Made by a program: the position numbers and the translations under genes. The notes under the pieces were generated by a model. The model made no database searches. It worked only from the letters and a program-made list of their open reading frames with translations, and was not told the origin of the DNA. 64,000 bases of DNA from Nanobdellati archaeon (GTDB lineage Archaea; Nanobdellota; Nanobdellia; Woesearchaeales; GCA-2686295), in contig JACNFY010000020.1 of NCBI GenBank assembly GCA_014384375.1, positions 65,222 to 129,221 of the forward strand, written 5' to 3'. This document shows positions 50,401 through 60,861 of the stretch, piece by piece. Position 1 is the stretch's first letter; every line of letters starts with the position of its first letter.

Positions 50401-51561
50401 CTACTTTATATTTAGGTATTCAAAAACTCTTTTAGAAGAATTTCCATCATGATATTTGTTAAATTTATCTCTTATTTTCTTTACAAATTTTTTGTTAATT
50501 TCAAAATCCTCTTTTTTTAAACAATATATAATCTCTTCTTCAGTTCTACAAACAATCGGTTTAAATTCTTCTTGAACATCAAAATAAACCCCTCTTTTTT
50601 CTACATATCCCTCATAATCGTAAGCATACAATAATAGAGGTTTTAGCAAAAGAGAGAAATCAAAAATAACGCCTGAATAATCGGTTATTACTACATCAAT
50701 ACAAGGTAATAACTCTTGAATATCATCAACTTGCGGGGTGATGTTCTTTATGTTTGTCAACTGAGGATTTATCAGGGATGTTTCAAGTGCGTGTGCCTTC
50801 ATAATGAGCACATAATTCTTCTCTTCTAAAAGCTTGTTTAACATTATTAAACCATGCTCAGAAAAAGATGGTTTTTTTGCATAATCCCTATAAGTAGGAG
50901 CATAGAGGATTATCTTCTTATATTTCTTTAAATTAAGTTTTTCTCTCAGATTAACTGTACTAAGTTCATCATCAAAAAGAACGTCATTCCTAGGGTATCC
51001 TGTAATTATAGACTTGCATCTATAACTTCTTTCAGAAATTCTTTTCGAATATTCACAAGTATTTAGTATTAGTCTATATTTTGTATATTGTTTCTTAAGC
51101 AGCCACTTTAAAATTGGATTGGAATTCTTATAATAATAGTTATCAAACCCAATTTTTTTAATTACTGTACCGTGCCAAGTCATTATTATGTTAAAACGAC
51201 CGTTTAGATTACTTAAGTTAATAGTTGTTATGCAATCAGTTTCAACAAAAATGTATTTTGCTCTGAGAATCGACCACCAGTTTCTTAATCGAAAATCATG
51301 TTTCTTAACACCTTCTATGACTTTTTCCTTCTTTTCCTCATTGCTTATGAACATCATAACATCGTAATTCGGAAGATACTTCTTTGCATAGAGGTATAAA
51401 TACTTCGGATTCTCTCTCAAGCCTTTACCGGCTATTGTCTGAAACAAAAGAAGTTTTTCGTTCTTAGGTATTATATAACTTAATAGAAACATAACTACCT
51501 CAAAAACAAATAACTTGATTATTGATATAAGAGATATCGTATTTCGCGCCATCTTACACAA
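50401..51561 (-). CDS. TagB/TagF-family CDP-alcohol (glycerol/ribitol) phosphotransferase
   Basis: 386 aa. LYAPTYRDY, MKAHALE, and VITDYSGVIFDFSLLLKPLLLYAYDYEGYVEKRGVYFDV, typical of the Glyphos_transf family. Confidence 0.8.
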   Translation of the reverse strand: MCKMARNTISLISIIKLFVFEVVMFLLSYIIPKNEKLLLFQTIAGKGLRENPKYLYLYAKKYLPNYDVMMFISNEEKKEKVIEGVKKHDFRLRNWWSILRAKYIFVETDCITTINLSNLNGRFNIIMTWHGTVIKKIGFDNYYYKNSNPILKWLLKKQYTKYRLILNTCEYSKRISERSYRCKSIITGYPRNDVLFDDELSTVNLREKLNLKKYKKIILYAPTYRDYAKKPSFSEHGLIMLNKLLEEKNYVLIMKAHALETSLINPQLTNIKNITPQVDDIQELLPCIDVVITDYSGVIFDFSLLLKPLLLYAYDYEGYVEKRGVYFDVQEEFKPIVCRTEEEIIYCLKKEDFEINKKFVKKIRDKFNKYHDGNSSKRVFEYLNIK

Positions 51562-52620
51562 CTACATCTCAATTGTTTTTAATCCTACAAGCTTATAGTA
51601 AATGAACATAAAGAAATTTATCAAAGATAACAACAGCTTAAAAACAGGGTTTTTTACAAAAGTTTCACCATAAACCTTATAACTCAAGTATCTCAAAACT
51701 TTTCTGTCAGGTAGTTTTCTCTGTACTTGTACATTTTTTCTTTTCTTTCTCAAAGTGCCTATATGTGTAATGAGCCACCAATAACTTTTAACTCTTATAG
51801 GAATCTTCCTTGGTTCAAAAACATTTATCAGAATGGTTGAGAGAAGTACTGGAATAAGCAACCTAACAATGTTTTTTATTTCAAGAAATGTAAACACATT
51901 GATAAGTTTGTTTCTCTCACCCAAGTATATGAAGTACTTGTTTATTTTCTTGCTACTCTTTTTTGTTAGATTGTGATAATGGTTAACAATTGACTTAGTT
52001 GATAAAAGATTTCTATATCCTTTCATTTTTAGAATCCATCCAAGATAGAAATCCTCTGCATAGATAAAATAATCCTTGTCAAAAGGCATCTTAACTAAAT
52101 CTCTTCTATAGATAAACGAAACTCCTCTTATAGGAAAGAGCTCAACAAAATCAGTTTCTTTCAAAGGCTTATCATATTTATATCTTACAGGATAACCAAG
52201 TAATGAATGAGCCACCCCTGTCGTTTTGTAATTAACATCTTCCTTTACATTATTCCTTATTTCATTAGATGAGACAGAGCCAACATCATCAGAACTTTCA
52301 ATACCTCTCACAAGTTCTGTTAACCACTCTTTCTCAACTGTCGTATCGTTGTTCAATATAACAACATACTTTGATTTAGAATTTTCAACACCGACATTGT
52401 TTCCTCCAGCATAGCCTTCGTTATTCTTATTACAAAATATCTTTACCTTCTTGTTTTTACCAAACTCTTTCCTTAACATTTCGACTGAATTATCTGTACT
52501 CCCATTATCAACTATCACTATATTAAAATCTTTGAAGAGTTGCTTCAGAACAGATTTAACACAATCAACTGTAAAATCAGCTTGATTCCAATTTAGAATT
52601 ATCACAGAGACCTTTACCAT
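51562..52620 (-). CDS. GT2 glycosyltransferase with C-terminal hydrophobic region
   Basis: 352 aa. VSVIILNWNQADFT...VIVDNGSTDNS and NNDT (DxD-like). Confidence 0.75.
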   Translation of the reverse strand: MVKVSVIILNWNQADFTVDCVKSVLKQLFKDFNIVIVDNGSTDNSVEMLRKEFGKNKKVKIFCNKNNEGYAGGNNVGVENSKSKYVVILNNDTTVEKEWLTELVRGIESSDDVGSVSSNEIRNNVKEDVNYKTTGVAHSLLGYPVRYKYDKPLKETDFVELFPIRGVSFIYRRDLVKMPFDKDYFIYAEDFYLGWILKMKGYRNLLSTKSIVNHYHNLTKKSSKKINKYFIYLGERNKLINVFTFLEIKNIVRLLIPVLLSTILINVFEPRKIPIRVKSYWWLITHIGTLRKKRKNVQVQRKLPDRKVLRYLSYKVYGETFVKNPVFKLLLSLINFFMFIYYKLVGLKTIEM

Positions 52621-53618
52621 TATTTTTCAACCCAACTTGGAGGAAGATTCTTTGTAAGTTCGATGTTTTTGAATTTCTTGCTTTTCTTGCTTCCTATCTT
52701 TTTAGCCCAATCAGCCATTCGTTGAACTCCTTCTTCTAAAGAAAATTTTGTTTTATAACCAAGTACTTTTTTAACTTTGTTATGAGAAGAATATGCGTGT
52801 ACAACCTCATTCCTTGCAGGTAAATGCTTTGTTTTTTGGTTGGAACTCATTGCTTTCTTAACAGTTTCTGCTAAATAATTCACTGTATATGGTTTGTCTG
52901 CACCAATATTAAACACTTGATTATAAGCCTTCTTGATTTTTATAGACTTTGCTATTATAGGAGCAACATCTCCTATGTATGAGAAAGCTCTTGTCTGTTT
53001 CCCTTCACCAAAAATAGTTAATGGCTTGTTCTGCATTATCTGATTCATAAATATGCCAACAACATTCCTGTATTTATCTCCAAGATTTTGCTTCTCACCA
53101 TAAACGTTATGTGGTCTAAAAATGATATAGTTAAGCCCAAACATCTCATATGCTGACTTCAAGTCAAGCTCCACAGCATACTTTGAGATTCCATAAGGAT
53201 CTTCTGGTTGAGGAGTTGTCTCTTCTTTCATTGGAAGTTGGTTTGTTCCATAAACAGCAATTGAAGAAGTAAACACAAAGCACTTAACATTGTATCTAAT
53301 TGATTCATTGATAAGATTTATGCTTCCTAACAAATTGTTTCTGTAATTAAATATTCTGATAAAATGAGAAAGACCCTCTGCAGCATAAGCTCCTAAGTGA
53401 AAAACATAATCAAACTTATACTTCTTGAACAACTCTCTTATCAATTTAAAATTCAAAATGCTGCCTTTTACAAACACTGCTTTATTAGGAACATTTTCTT
53501 CAAAGCCTCCGCTAAGGTCATCAAGCACAACTGTTTTATAGCCTAATTTAATGAGTTCTTCTGCTAGATGAGCACCCATAAATCCTGCTCCACCAGTGAC
53601 TAGAACTGTTGATTTCAT
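52620..53618 (-). CDS. NAD-dependent nucleotide-sugar epimerase/dehydratase (extended SDR)
   Basis: 332 aa. VTGGAGFMGAH, TSSIAVYG, DPYGISK (YxxxK). TATA about 28 nt upstream. Confidence 0.7.
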   Translation of the reverse strand: MKSTVLVTGGAGFMGAHLAEELIKLGYKTVVLDDLSGGFEENVPNKAVFVKGSILNFKLIRELFKKYKFDYVFHLGAYAAEGLSHFIRIFNYRNNLLGSINLINESIRYNVKCFVFTSSIAVYGTNQLPMKEETTPQPEDPYGISKYAVELDLKSAYEMFGLNYIIFRPHNVYGEKQNLGDKYRNVVGIFMNQIMQNKPLTIFGEGKQTRAFSYIGDVAPIIAKSIKIKKAYNQVFNIGADKPYTVNYLAETVKKAMSSNQKTKHLPARNEVVHAYSSHNKVKKVLGYKTKFSLEEGVQRMADWAKKIGSKKSKKFKNIELTKNLPPSWVEK

Positions 53619-53659
53619 TGCAATAAATCGAATAATAGAAGTATTTTTAAAATTATCTA

Positions 53660-54697
53660 TTATGAAATTATCTTATAATAATACAGAAGTTTTCTAATCT
53701 CTTCTTTTGTAAGCTGGCGAATATTGTTAGAATCATACTCTTCATAAGCTCTTTTTGAACGATACTCAGAAATATATTGTGGTGTTATAATACTCTGGCG
53801 AAAAACAAACATGTCATCCAGTTCATCAATATGCTCTGCTTCTTCTTTTGTGATTAAGCACTCACTTATTTTTTCTCCAGGCCTGACACCTATCTTCTTT
53901 GTTTTGATATTTTGTGGTTTATAACCAAACTTAGGAGCTAGTTCTTCAATCATAACTTTTGCAAGGTCAATAATTCTTAAACTTTTCATCTTCAAAATAA
54001 ATATTTCATCACCTTCCATGATGGAAATAGCCTTCAATACCAAACCAACAGCCTCTGACATTGACATAAAGAATCTTGTCATCTTCTCAGAAGTTATGGT
54101 TACAGGACCTCCTTCCTTTATCTGTTTCTTGAAAATAGGAATAACTGAACCATTAGAATTTAAGACATTCCCAAACCTAACACAAGAGAACTTTGTCTTA
54201 TAATCGCCATACCCTGCTGTAGTGGTTAGTTTCTCACTCAATAATTTTGTTGCTCCCATAGTGTTTATAGGATTCACTGCTTTATCAGTACTTATAGACA
54301 AAAACTTTTCTACATTCTCCTTACGAGCAACATCAACTAAATTCTGGGTTCCTATGACATTTGTATTAACTGCTTCAAACGGATTATACTCGCAAAGAGG
54401 CACATGTTTCAAAGCAGCTGCATGAAACACTATATCTGCTCCTTTCATTGCTCTTTCAACACGATTCCTATCTCGGATATCGCCAACTAAATGTCTTGTT
54501 AATTTACTTAGGATATCCTGTCTCATATGAAAATGGGCTGATTCATTATTATCAAATATTCTCACTCTCTTTGGTTTGTATTTTAGAAGCTGTTTTACTA
54601 TTTCAGTACCAATTGAACCACAACCACCTGTAACTAGAATATCTTTTCCATGAAAAATTCTTTTTAATTTATTTTCTGAATCTTTTCTTCTTTTCAT
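53660..54697 (-). CDS. UDP-N-acetylglucosamine 4,6-dehydratase (PseB/LegB/CapD-type)
   Basis: Track start TTG 54715; ATG 54697 has a TATA about 28 nt upstream. VTGGCGSIGTE, FHAAALKHVPLCEYNP, STDKAVNPINTMGATK, IGVRPGEK parallel H. pylori FlaA1 (recalled from memory). Confidence 0.8.
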   Translation of the reverse strand: MKRRKDSENKLKRIFHGKDILVTGGCGSIGTEIVKQLLKYKPKRVRIFDNNESAHFHMRQDILSKLTRHLVGDIRDRNRVERAMKGADIVFHAAALKHVPLCEYNPFEAVNTNVIGTQNLVDVARKENVEKFLSISTDKAVNPINTMGATKLLSEKLTTTAGYGDYKTKFSCVRFGNVLNSNGSVIPIFKKQIKEGGPVTITSEKMTRFFMSMSEAVGLVLKAISIMEGDEIFILKMKSLRIIDLAKVMIEELAPKFGYKPQNIKTKKIGVRPGEKISECLITKEEAEHIDELDDMFVFRQSIITPQYISEYRSKRAYEEYDSNNIRQLTKEEIRKLLYYYKIIS

Positions 54698-54740
54698 TGA
54701 AAAAGCGGAAAACAAGTTATATTTAAATAACTATCGTGGA

Positions 54741-55841
54741 TTAGCAATAGAATTTTATTATTGAATTTTTCACGTTAATAACTTCTTTCCTTGTCATTCC
54801 AACAAACATAGGAAGAATTAATGTTGTTTTGCTTATCTTCTCAGCAACTGGAAAATCACCTTTCCTGTAACCAAAAGATTTTTTATAAAATGGTTGCAAG
54901 TGGATAGGCGGATAAAAATAAGCTTTACTTTGAATTCCTTCTTTTAACAAATGCTCTATTAACCTGTCTCTATCCTTCTCAGAAACTTGAATTGGAAACA
55001 CAAACCAAGTGTGTGTATTAAATTTATCAACAACAGGCGACTTTACTTGTGGTATTTCTGATAGTTCATTCATGTACATAGCAACCACTTTTCTTCTTTG
55101 ATTTATGAGAAAATCAATCTTTTTTAATTGTGAAATTCCCAAAGCTGCCTGCATATCAGTAATCCTGTAATTATATCCTAATTGCTCGTGTGTTAACCAC
55201 TGCATGCTTTCGCCTCTTCCTTGATTTCTCATACTTCTACAAGCTTCTGCTGTCTTTTTATTATTTGTAACAATCATACCACCTTCTCCAGTTGTTATCT
55301 GTTTATTTGGATAGAATGCAAATACAGCTGCGTCTCCAAATGTTCCTACTTTCTTATTTTTGTAAGTGGAGTTAAGAGATTCACAAGCATCTTCAATAAC
55401 TTTCAGATTGTGTTTCTTAGCTATGTTTATTATTTTACTCATATCACAGCTCTGGCCAAAGACATGAACTGGTAAAATAGCTTTTGTTCTTGAAGTTATT
55501 TTATCTTCAATTAAATTCGGATTTAGGTTAAACGTGTCTTCATCAACATCTGCAAAGATTGGTTTAGCCTTCTCAAACAACATACAGTTTGCAGAAGCAA
55601 CAAAAGAAAAAGGAGAAGTTATCACCTCATCACCTTCTTTAATTCCTAGAGATCTTACACAAAGGTGCAATCCTGAAGTTCCAGAGTTAACTGCAACTGC
55701 ATATTTAGTTCCAATTATCTTTGCAAAAAATCTTTCGAATTCATTGATTTTAGGACCTAAACTAAGTCTGCCAGATTTTAGAACTCTTTCAACTTCTTTA
55801 ATGTCTTTTTTGTCAATGTAAGGTTTTGCTAAAGGAATCAT
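54741..55841 (-). CDS. DegT/DnrJ/EryC1-family PLP-dependent sugar aminotransferase
   Basis: 366 aa. MIPLAKPYIDKKDIKEV...NSGTSGLHL and FYPNKQITTGEGG (the lysine region). Confidence 0.85.
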   Translation of the reverse strand: MIPLAKPYIDKKDIKEVERVLKSGRLSLGPKINEFERFFAKIIGTKYAVAVNSGTSGLHLCVRSLGIKEGDEVITSPFSFVASANCMLFEKAKPIFADVDEDTFNLNPNLIEDKITSRTKAILPVHVFGQSCDMSKIINIAKKHNLKVIEDACESLNSTYKNKKVGTFGDAAVFAFYPNKQITTGEGGMIVTNNKKTAEACRSMRNQGRGESMQWLTHEQLGYNYRITDMQAALGISQLKKIDFLINQRRKVVAMYMNELSEIPQVKSPVVDKFNTHTWFVFPIQVSEKDRDRLIEHLLKEGIQSKAYFYPPIHLQPFYKKSFGYRKGDFPVAEKISKTTLILPMFVGMTRKEVINVKNSIIKFYC

Positions 55842-56665
55842 TTCTTGCTCGCCTCAAACATGTTCTCAACTAACATAGCAATAGTCACAGGTCCAACTCC
55901 TCCTGGAACAGGAGTTATAAATGATGCTTTCTTGCTTACAGATTTGAAATCAATATCTCCATAAATCTTCTCGTCAATTTTCTTTATACCGATGTCAATA
56001 GCAACTACTCCTCTTTTCACATGTCTCCCTTTCACTAAGCCAGGATTTCCAGTAGCCGATATGATTATATCTGCTTTCTTTGTGTAATCATACAAGTTTT
56101 TTGTTTTTGTATGACAAACAGTAACTGTAGCGTTTCTTTTCATTAACATTAATGCTAATGGTCTTCCAACCAAGTCGCTATTATTTATTATACATACATT
56201 CTTGCCTGCAACCTTAATCTTGTATTCATAAAGTAGTTTTACTATTCCTTTTGGCGTACATGGTCCTGCTTCATCATCGTAGAGTATTTGACCTAAGGTA
56301 TTTGGATTCAAAAAGTCAACATCTTTTTCAGGAATAATCTCTCTCAACACTTTTGCTTTGTCAATTCCTCTCGGCAAGGGTAATTGAACTAGAATACCCT
56401 TAACTTTTCTAGATGAATTTAAGTGCCTAATCAAAGAAAGTAATTTTGAAGTTGTAGTTTTCTTAAAAAAATATTTCTCCATAATTATTCCTGCTCTTTG
56501 GCAAGCTTGTTCTTTTAGTCTGACATATAAGTGTGAAGCAGGATCCTTATCAACTAGTATGACTGCCAGAACTGGCTTAGCCTTTAGCTTTGAGATTTTT
56601 CTTTCATACTTATCAATGACTTTCTTTGCAAAAGCTCTGCCGTCTAATAACTTGTCAGTTTTCAT
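55838..56665 (-). CDS. folD: bifunctional 5,10-methylene-THF dehydrogenase / 5,10-methenyl-THF cyclohydrolase
   Basis: 275 aa. LLDGRAFAKKV...LAVILVDKDPASHLYVRLKEQ, VGRPLALML, TPVPGGVGPVT. The stop overlaps the aminotransferase start by 4 nt. Confidence 0.85.
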   Translation of the reverse strand: MKTDKLLDGRAFAKKVIDKYERKISKLKAKPVLAVILVDKDPASHLYVRLKEQACQRAGIIMEKYFFKKTTTSKLLSLIRHLNSSRKVKGILVQLPLPRGIDKAKVLREIIPEKDVDFLNPNTLGQILYDDEAGPCTPKGIVKLLYEYKIKVAGKNVCIINNSDLVGRPLALMLMKRNATVTVCHTKTKNLYDYTKKADIIISATGNPGLVKGRHVKRGVVAIDIGIKKIDEKIYGDIDFKSVSKKASFITPVPGGVGPVTIAMLVENMFEASKK

Positions 56666-56692
56666 CTAGAATGGCTACTGATGTTAGATTTA

Positions 56693-57250
56693 TTAATATT
56701 TGCATTTAATAATTCTTTTCTCTGTTATAATAATATCAACAGGAACATCATGTGAGTCAATAGGTAACCCTTTTAATATCTGAAATTCAAATGCTAAACC
56801 AATCTTTAACACATCATAATTCTCTTCTAGAAATTTATCATAATAACCTTTACCATAACCTATCCTGTGTCCTGATTCATCAAAAACTATGCCTGGAACA
56901 ATTACTATATCGGGATTAGTATCTTCCTGAGTAGGATTAATTGGTTCTAAAATTCCAAAAGTTCCTCTTTTTAATTTATTGAATCCTAAGAAGCGGGTTT
57001 GTTTTATCTCATCTCCGTCCACATATGGAATAAAAACTTTTTTACTTTCACTAATTTCTTTTATCAAAACGTGTGTTTGCACTTCGTTATCAATGGAAAC
57101 ATAACAATGAACTTTTCTTGAATCAACGAATTCTTCAAGGTCGAATAATATTTTCTTTATTCTATTACTTTTACTAGCCACTAAATCCTTACTCAAACTA
57201 TCTCTTTTTACCAATATTTCCTTTCTAAGAGTTTGCTTTGATTGTTTCAT
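56693..57250 (-). CDS. 5-formyltetrahydrofolate cyclo-ligase
   Basis: 185 aa. [12 protein letters not shown]..., ILEP, VPGIVFDESGHRIGYGKGYYDKFL, typical of MTHFS. Confidence 0.8.
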   Translation of the reverse strand: MKQSKQTLRKEILVKRDSLSKDLVASKSNRIKKILFDLEEFVDSRKVHCYVSIDNEVQTHVLIKEISESKKVFIPYVDGDEIKQTRFLGFNKLKRGTFGILEPINPTQEDTNPDIVIVPGIVFDESGHRIGYGKGYYDKFLEENYDVLKIGLAFEFQILKGLPIDSHDVPVDIIITEKRIIKCKY

Positions 57251-57923
57251 ATTCTTCTAGAATAATTTTTGATCCGCTTATCTCAATATATGGCAAATCT
57301 CTTACACCTGGAAAAAATGTTGCTCTTACTCTTAGCTTTATTTCTTCATCATCCATGTCTGGTGTAATTCTGCACAGTTCCTGAAATTCTTTTCTAGTAT
57401 AAGGTTTACGAACCCATTGCTCATTTGATTTTGGTAAATTCCGTCTTTTCAAAATAAGTTCGAATACTTCTTGAAAAAGTTTTACAAGATAATCCATAGT
57501 TCTGTCCTTTAGCTTCGCAACATTATCGTCTTCATACATTGGAAATGTTAAAACTTTGACTATCTTTCCTGAGTCAACTCTTGAAATCATGTGATGACAA
57601 GTCACACCATACTCTCTATCCTTGTTGTAGATTGCAAAATTATAGCAACCTATCCCTGGATATTTTGGCGGAGCAGGATGAAAATTCAAAGAGATTTTTG
57701 CTTTTTGCAACAATTCTTCTGGTAAAATCCAAGATGATAAAAAAGAAAGTATATAATCTCCTTTCCATTCTATCTTTGGGAAAGTATCTCCAAATTCTCC
57801 TTCAAAAATTAATAACTCATCTTTTTCTGATAGATTAGTTTTCACATAATCTTGCATCTCTCTGCATATATCTGATGTCTTTGTTAGAAGTAATATTTTC
57901 ATTTTTAGTAAATTACCTTTCAA
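57225..57923 (-). CDS. formyltransferase-fold protein (sugar N-formyltransferase candidate 1)
   Basis: 232 aa. [39 protein letters not shown] fits the Formyl_trans_N catalytic core (N.H...D). No Fmt-type C-terminal tRNA-binding domain. Confidence 0.7.
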   Translation of the reverse strand: MKGNLLKMKILLLTKTSDICREMQDYVKTNLSEKDELLIFEGEFGDTFPKIEWKGDYILSFLSSWILPEELLQKAKISLNFHPAPPKYPGIGCYNFAIYNKDREYGVTCHHMISRVDSGKIVKVLTFPMYEDDNVAKLKDRTMDYLVKLFQEVFELILKRRNLPKSNEQWVRKPYTRKEFQELCRITPDMDDEEIKLRVRATFFPGVRDLPYIEISGSKIILEEYETIKANS

Positions 57924-58318
57924 TTTAACTTCTTTATAACTTTTGCAGGGGCTCCTACTGCGACAACGTTGTCAGGTATGTCTTTAGTTACAAGGCTAAG
58001 TGCTCCAATTAAAGAGTTTTCTCCAACAGTTACTCCAGGCATTACAACTGAATGACTGCCTATTCTACAGTTCTTCTTCAAAACCACTTTTCCTTGCTTG
58101 TTATCAATTGTAGAAACAGAATATATAGAACAATGAGAACCAATCTGAACATTTTCTTCTATTATAATTCCTTTTTTCGCATTAATATATGTGAATGCTC
58201 CAATGTCAGTATTTCTTCCTAATTTTAAGCCTTCTTTGTTCTGAACCATCCAATTCCATTTTGTTAATTCTCCTTCTTTAACTTTTGGAAATTTCCAATC
58301 TTTAAAGCGTTCTTCCAT
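57920..58318 (-). CDS. hexapeptide-repeat (LbH) acyltransferase
   Basis: 132 aa. IGSHCSIY..., [35 protein letters not shown]. Confidence 0.7.
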   Translation of the reverse strand: MEERFKDWKFPKVKEGELTKWNWMVQNKEGLKLGRNTDIGAFTYINAKKGIIIEENVQIGSHCSIYSVSTIDNKQGKVVLKKNCRIGSHSVVMPGVTVGENSLIGALSLVTKDIPDNVVAVGAPAKVIKKLN

Positions 58319-58328
58319 TTTTTATCCC

Positions 58329-59492
58329 TCAGTATGTTATCTTCTTTTGTAACAATTTTTTGTTAAGTCTTATCTTTGCTAATCTCTTAGCAATTTTTTT
58401 GCCTGCCATACCGTTGCCATAAGGACTTCTACACAGCTTCATTTTTCTCTGAAAATTTTTTGACAACGCTTTTTTTATAGCCTTCAATACCTCTTTTGTC
58501 TTGTGATCAACATCCATAACATTATTTGCCCTCTCTCTATCATCTTGTCTAATGCCTATATTGACAACAGGCAATTTGAATGATGCTGATTCCATTATCC
58601 CACTACTAGAATTACCAACCATGACCTTAGCGTATTTCATAAGACTCAAGTAATCTTTGTGAGGCAGACTTGCATATGCTTTTATTATTCGTTTTTTATC
58701 AAATTCTTTTAGTTTTTTTATGATTTTTCTACCGCCTGCATCTGAGTTAGGATATATCGCTATTGTCTGCATTCCTACTTGTTTAATTGCATTGAGTGTT
58801 TCTTCTATTTGTCTTTGAGCATCATCCGGTTGGGTAGATACTGAGTGTTGCACTAGAAGTATATAGCCTTTTTCAGTATCTATTTCAAATTTTTTTTCAA
58901 CTTCTTTCCTTGACAAAAGCTTAACGTTTAGAATTGTGTCTAAACCAGGCGCTCCAACAACAAATATGTTTTTAGGTTCCTCTCCCAACTTTCTAATTCT
59001 CTCTGCGCTTTTCTTTGTTACAGGAAAATGTATGTGTGCAAACTTTGTTATTGAGTGCCTTACAGATTCATCTAATCCTGCTCTTGCACTGTCTCCTCCA
59101 TGTATGTGGGCTATCGGTATGTTCATGTAAGCTGCAGCAATAACACCAGCTAAGGATTCTATTCTGTCCCCAAGCACAAGGAGAACATCTGGTTTTATTT
59201 CTTTCAATGCATTGCTAATACCAATTATCCCTTTACCTATTGCCTGTGCCATTGAGAATCCTGTATCTTGCTCAGGGTTCATAACTGTTTTCTTATCAAC
59301 CTTGAATTTATCTTTTTTTATATCGTTGATAGTATAACCAAATTCTTTTGATAAATGCATCCCCGTTACTATGAGCTTCAACTCTAGTTTTGAATGCTTT
59401 TTTACAGCAGCCATCACAGGCTTAAGCAAACCATACTCTGCTCGCGTACCTGTTAAGACACAGATTTTCCTTTTTTTAGTTCTGCTCGCCAT
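58329..59492 (-). CDS. neuC: hydrolysing UDP-sugar 2-epimerase (NeuC/LegG type)
   Basis: 387 aa. KICVLTGTRAEYGLLKPVM, LGDRIE, HIHGGD, typical of NeuC-type epimerases. Confidence 0.8.
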   Translation of the reverse strand: MASRTKKRKICVLTGTRAEYGLLKPVMAAVKKHSKLELKLIVTGMHLSKEFGYTINDIKKDKFKVDKKTVMNPEQDTGFSMAQAIGKGIIGISNALKEIKPDVLLVLGDRIESLAGVIAAAYMNIPIAHIHGGDSARAGLDESVRHSITKFAHIHFPVTKKSAERIRKLGEEPKNIFVVGAPGLDTILNVKLLSRKEVEKKFEIDTEKGYILLVQHSVSTQPDDAQRQIEETLNAIKQVGMQTIAIYPNSDAGGRKIIKKLKEFDKKRIIKAYASLPHKDYLSLMKYAKVMVGNSSSGIMESASFKLPVVNIGIRQDDRERANNVMDVDHKTKEVLKAIKKALSKNFQRKMKLCRSPYGNGMAGKKIAKRLAKIRLNKKLLQKKITY

Positions 59493-60223
59493 ATTATTAA
59501 TTTCTCCTCTCCTAATCTTATATATGCTCCTTTATAAGGCTTTGACAGGGCTTTAATTTTCCTATATATTTGCTCTGCAGATTCCTTCTCTAAATTTATC
59601 TCATTATCTTTTAGTGATGGTTTTTGAAAAACTGTTGCTTTTGAATCATCTTGTGAAATCATTGGTGCTTTTCCTTGAACAAGCAATGGCAAATATTTTC
59701 TTATTAGTTTTCTTCCAACATTAATTACTTTTTCATAAACATCAACTGCATAGTCTGTTTCAGCTATATCAAACTTTTCCTGACCTATAATAGGTCCATC
59801 ATCCAACCCTTCAGTTAAATGAAACATTGTTAAACCTGATTTTTTGAAACCATACAAAATTGAGTTTATTATTGGCGCAGGTCCTCTTCCAACAGGCAGT
59901 AAAGTTGGGTGAAAACCCACAAACATTTTTGGAATTCCTAACATTTCCTTGTCTATTATTTGCCTCCAACCACACATCACAACAATATCAGGAGATAATT
60001 TTTTTAACAACTCTTTTTCATTGTTTATTCTTTCAACCTCAAAAACCTTTATTCCAAACTCATACCATTTTTTATTATCAAGACCATCATACATAACAGT
60101 TTTTGAATCCCTGCTGAGAGTTATTATAGAATCTATATTAACCCCTTTAATCTTGGTAGATTCTTTTAACATTTCATAGCCAAGTTTATTGGCAGATAGC
60201 CAAACTATTTTCATTTTTACCAA
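59453..60223 (-). CDS. formyltransferase (sugar N-formyltransferase candidate 2)
   Basis: 256 aa. VGFHPTLLPVGRGPAPIINSIL..GLTMFHLTEGLDDGPIIGQ resembles ArnA-N/WbkC/VioF-type enzymes. Alternative start MKIVWLS at 60214. Confidence 0.75.
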   Translation of the reverse strand: MVKMKIVWLSANKLGYEMLKESTKIKGVNIDSIITLSRDSKTVMYDGLDNKKWYEFGIKVFEVERINNEKELLKKLSPDIVVMCGWRQIIDKEMLGIPKMFVGFHPTLLPVGRGPAPIINSILYGFKKSGLTMFHLTEGLDDGPIIGQEKFDIAETDYAVDVYEKVINVGRKLIRKYLPLLVQGKAPMISQDDSKATVFQKPSLKDNEINLEKESAEQIYRKIKALSKPYKGAYIRLGEEKLIIWRAELKKGKSVS

Positions 60224-60861
60224 AAACTACGCACTATCTGAAATGCTTCTGCATACTCAGTGCATATTTCAATCCCCCTCTTATTAGCCCATATCTTAAG
60301 TCCTTTTTTACTTCTAGGATGAGAATATTTCTTAACTTCAGATTTATATTGAGAAAAAGCTTCAACTTTCTTATCTATATAAGGAGTTATGTCAACATAT
60401 AAATTAGGTATGAATGCTTTGTTATTCCATTCTGTTGAAGAAGGGGTTTCAAAACAGAGCACTTTTGTTTTCTTTCTTACAGGCCTTGTGGCAACCATGA
60501 CCGCTTGGAAGATTATACCATGATCCTTATTCACATCTCCTTCAAAATGAGTGTATATTACATCTGGAGAAATATCTTCTATGACCTCTCCAATAATTTT
60601 GTTAAATTCTCCGTGAGGAATAGTGTTAAGCTTGACTGTTGGTAAATCGCAGAAAACTCTTTTTTTGACACAGAGTATATTATCAACTTTTTTAGCTTCT
60701 TTTAATTTAGTTACTTTATACTTCTTCGACCATTCTGGCTCATATGATGTTGTAACAATACAAATATAAACTTCATCACCATTTTTCTTGTGTTTAAGGA
60801 TTGTACCTCCAACTCCCAAGACTTCATCATCCGGATGTGCTGCTATTACTAATATTCTCAT
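60217..60861 (-). CDS. PIG-L/LmbE-family N-acetyl-sugar deacetylase
   Basis: 214 aa. ILVIAAHPDDEVLGVGGT and HxDH-type metal site (NKDH). Confidence 0.8.
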   Translation of the reverse strand: MRILVIAAHPDDEVLGVGGTILKHKKNGDEVYICIVTTSYEPEWSKKYKVTKLKEAKKVDNILCVKKRVFCDLPTVKLNTIPHGEFNKIIGEVIEDISPDVIYTHFEGDVNKDHGIIFQAVMVATRPVRKKTKVLCFETPSSTEWNNKAFIPNLYVDITPYIDKKVEAFSQYKSEVKKYSHPRSKKGLKIWANKRGIEICTEYAEAFQIVRSFW

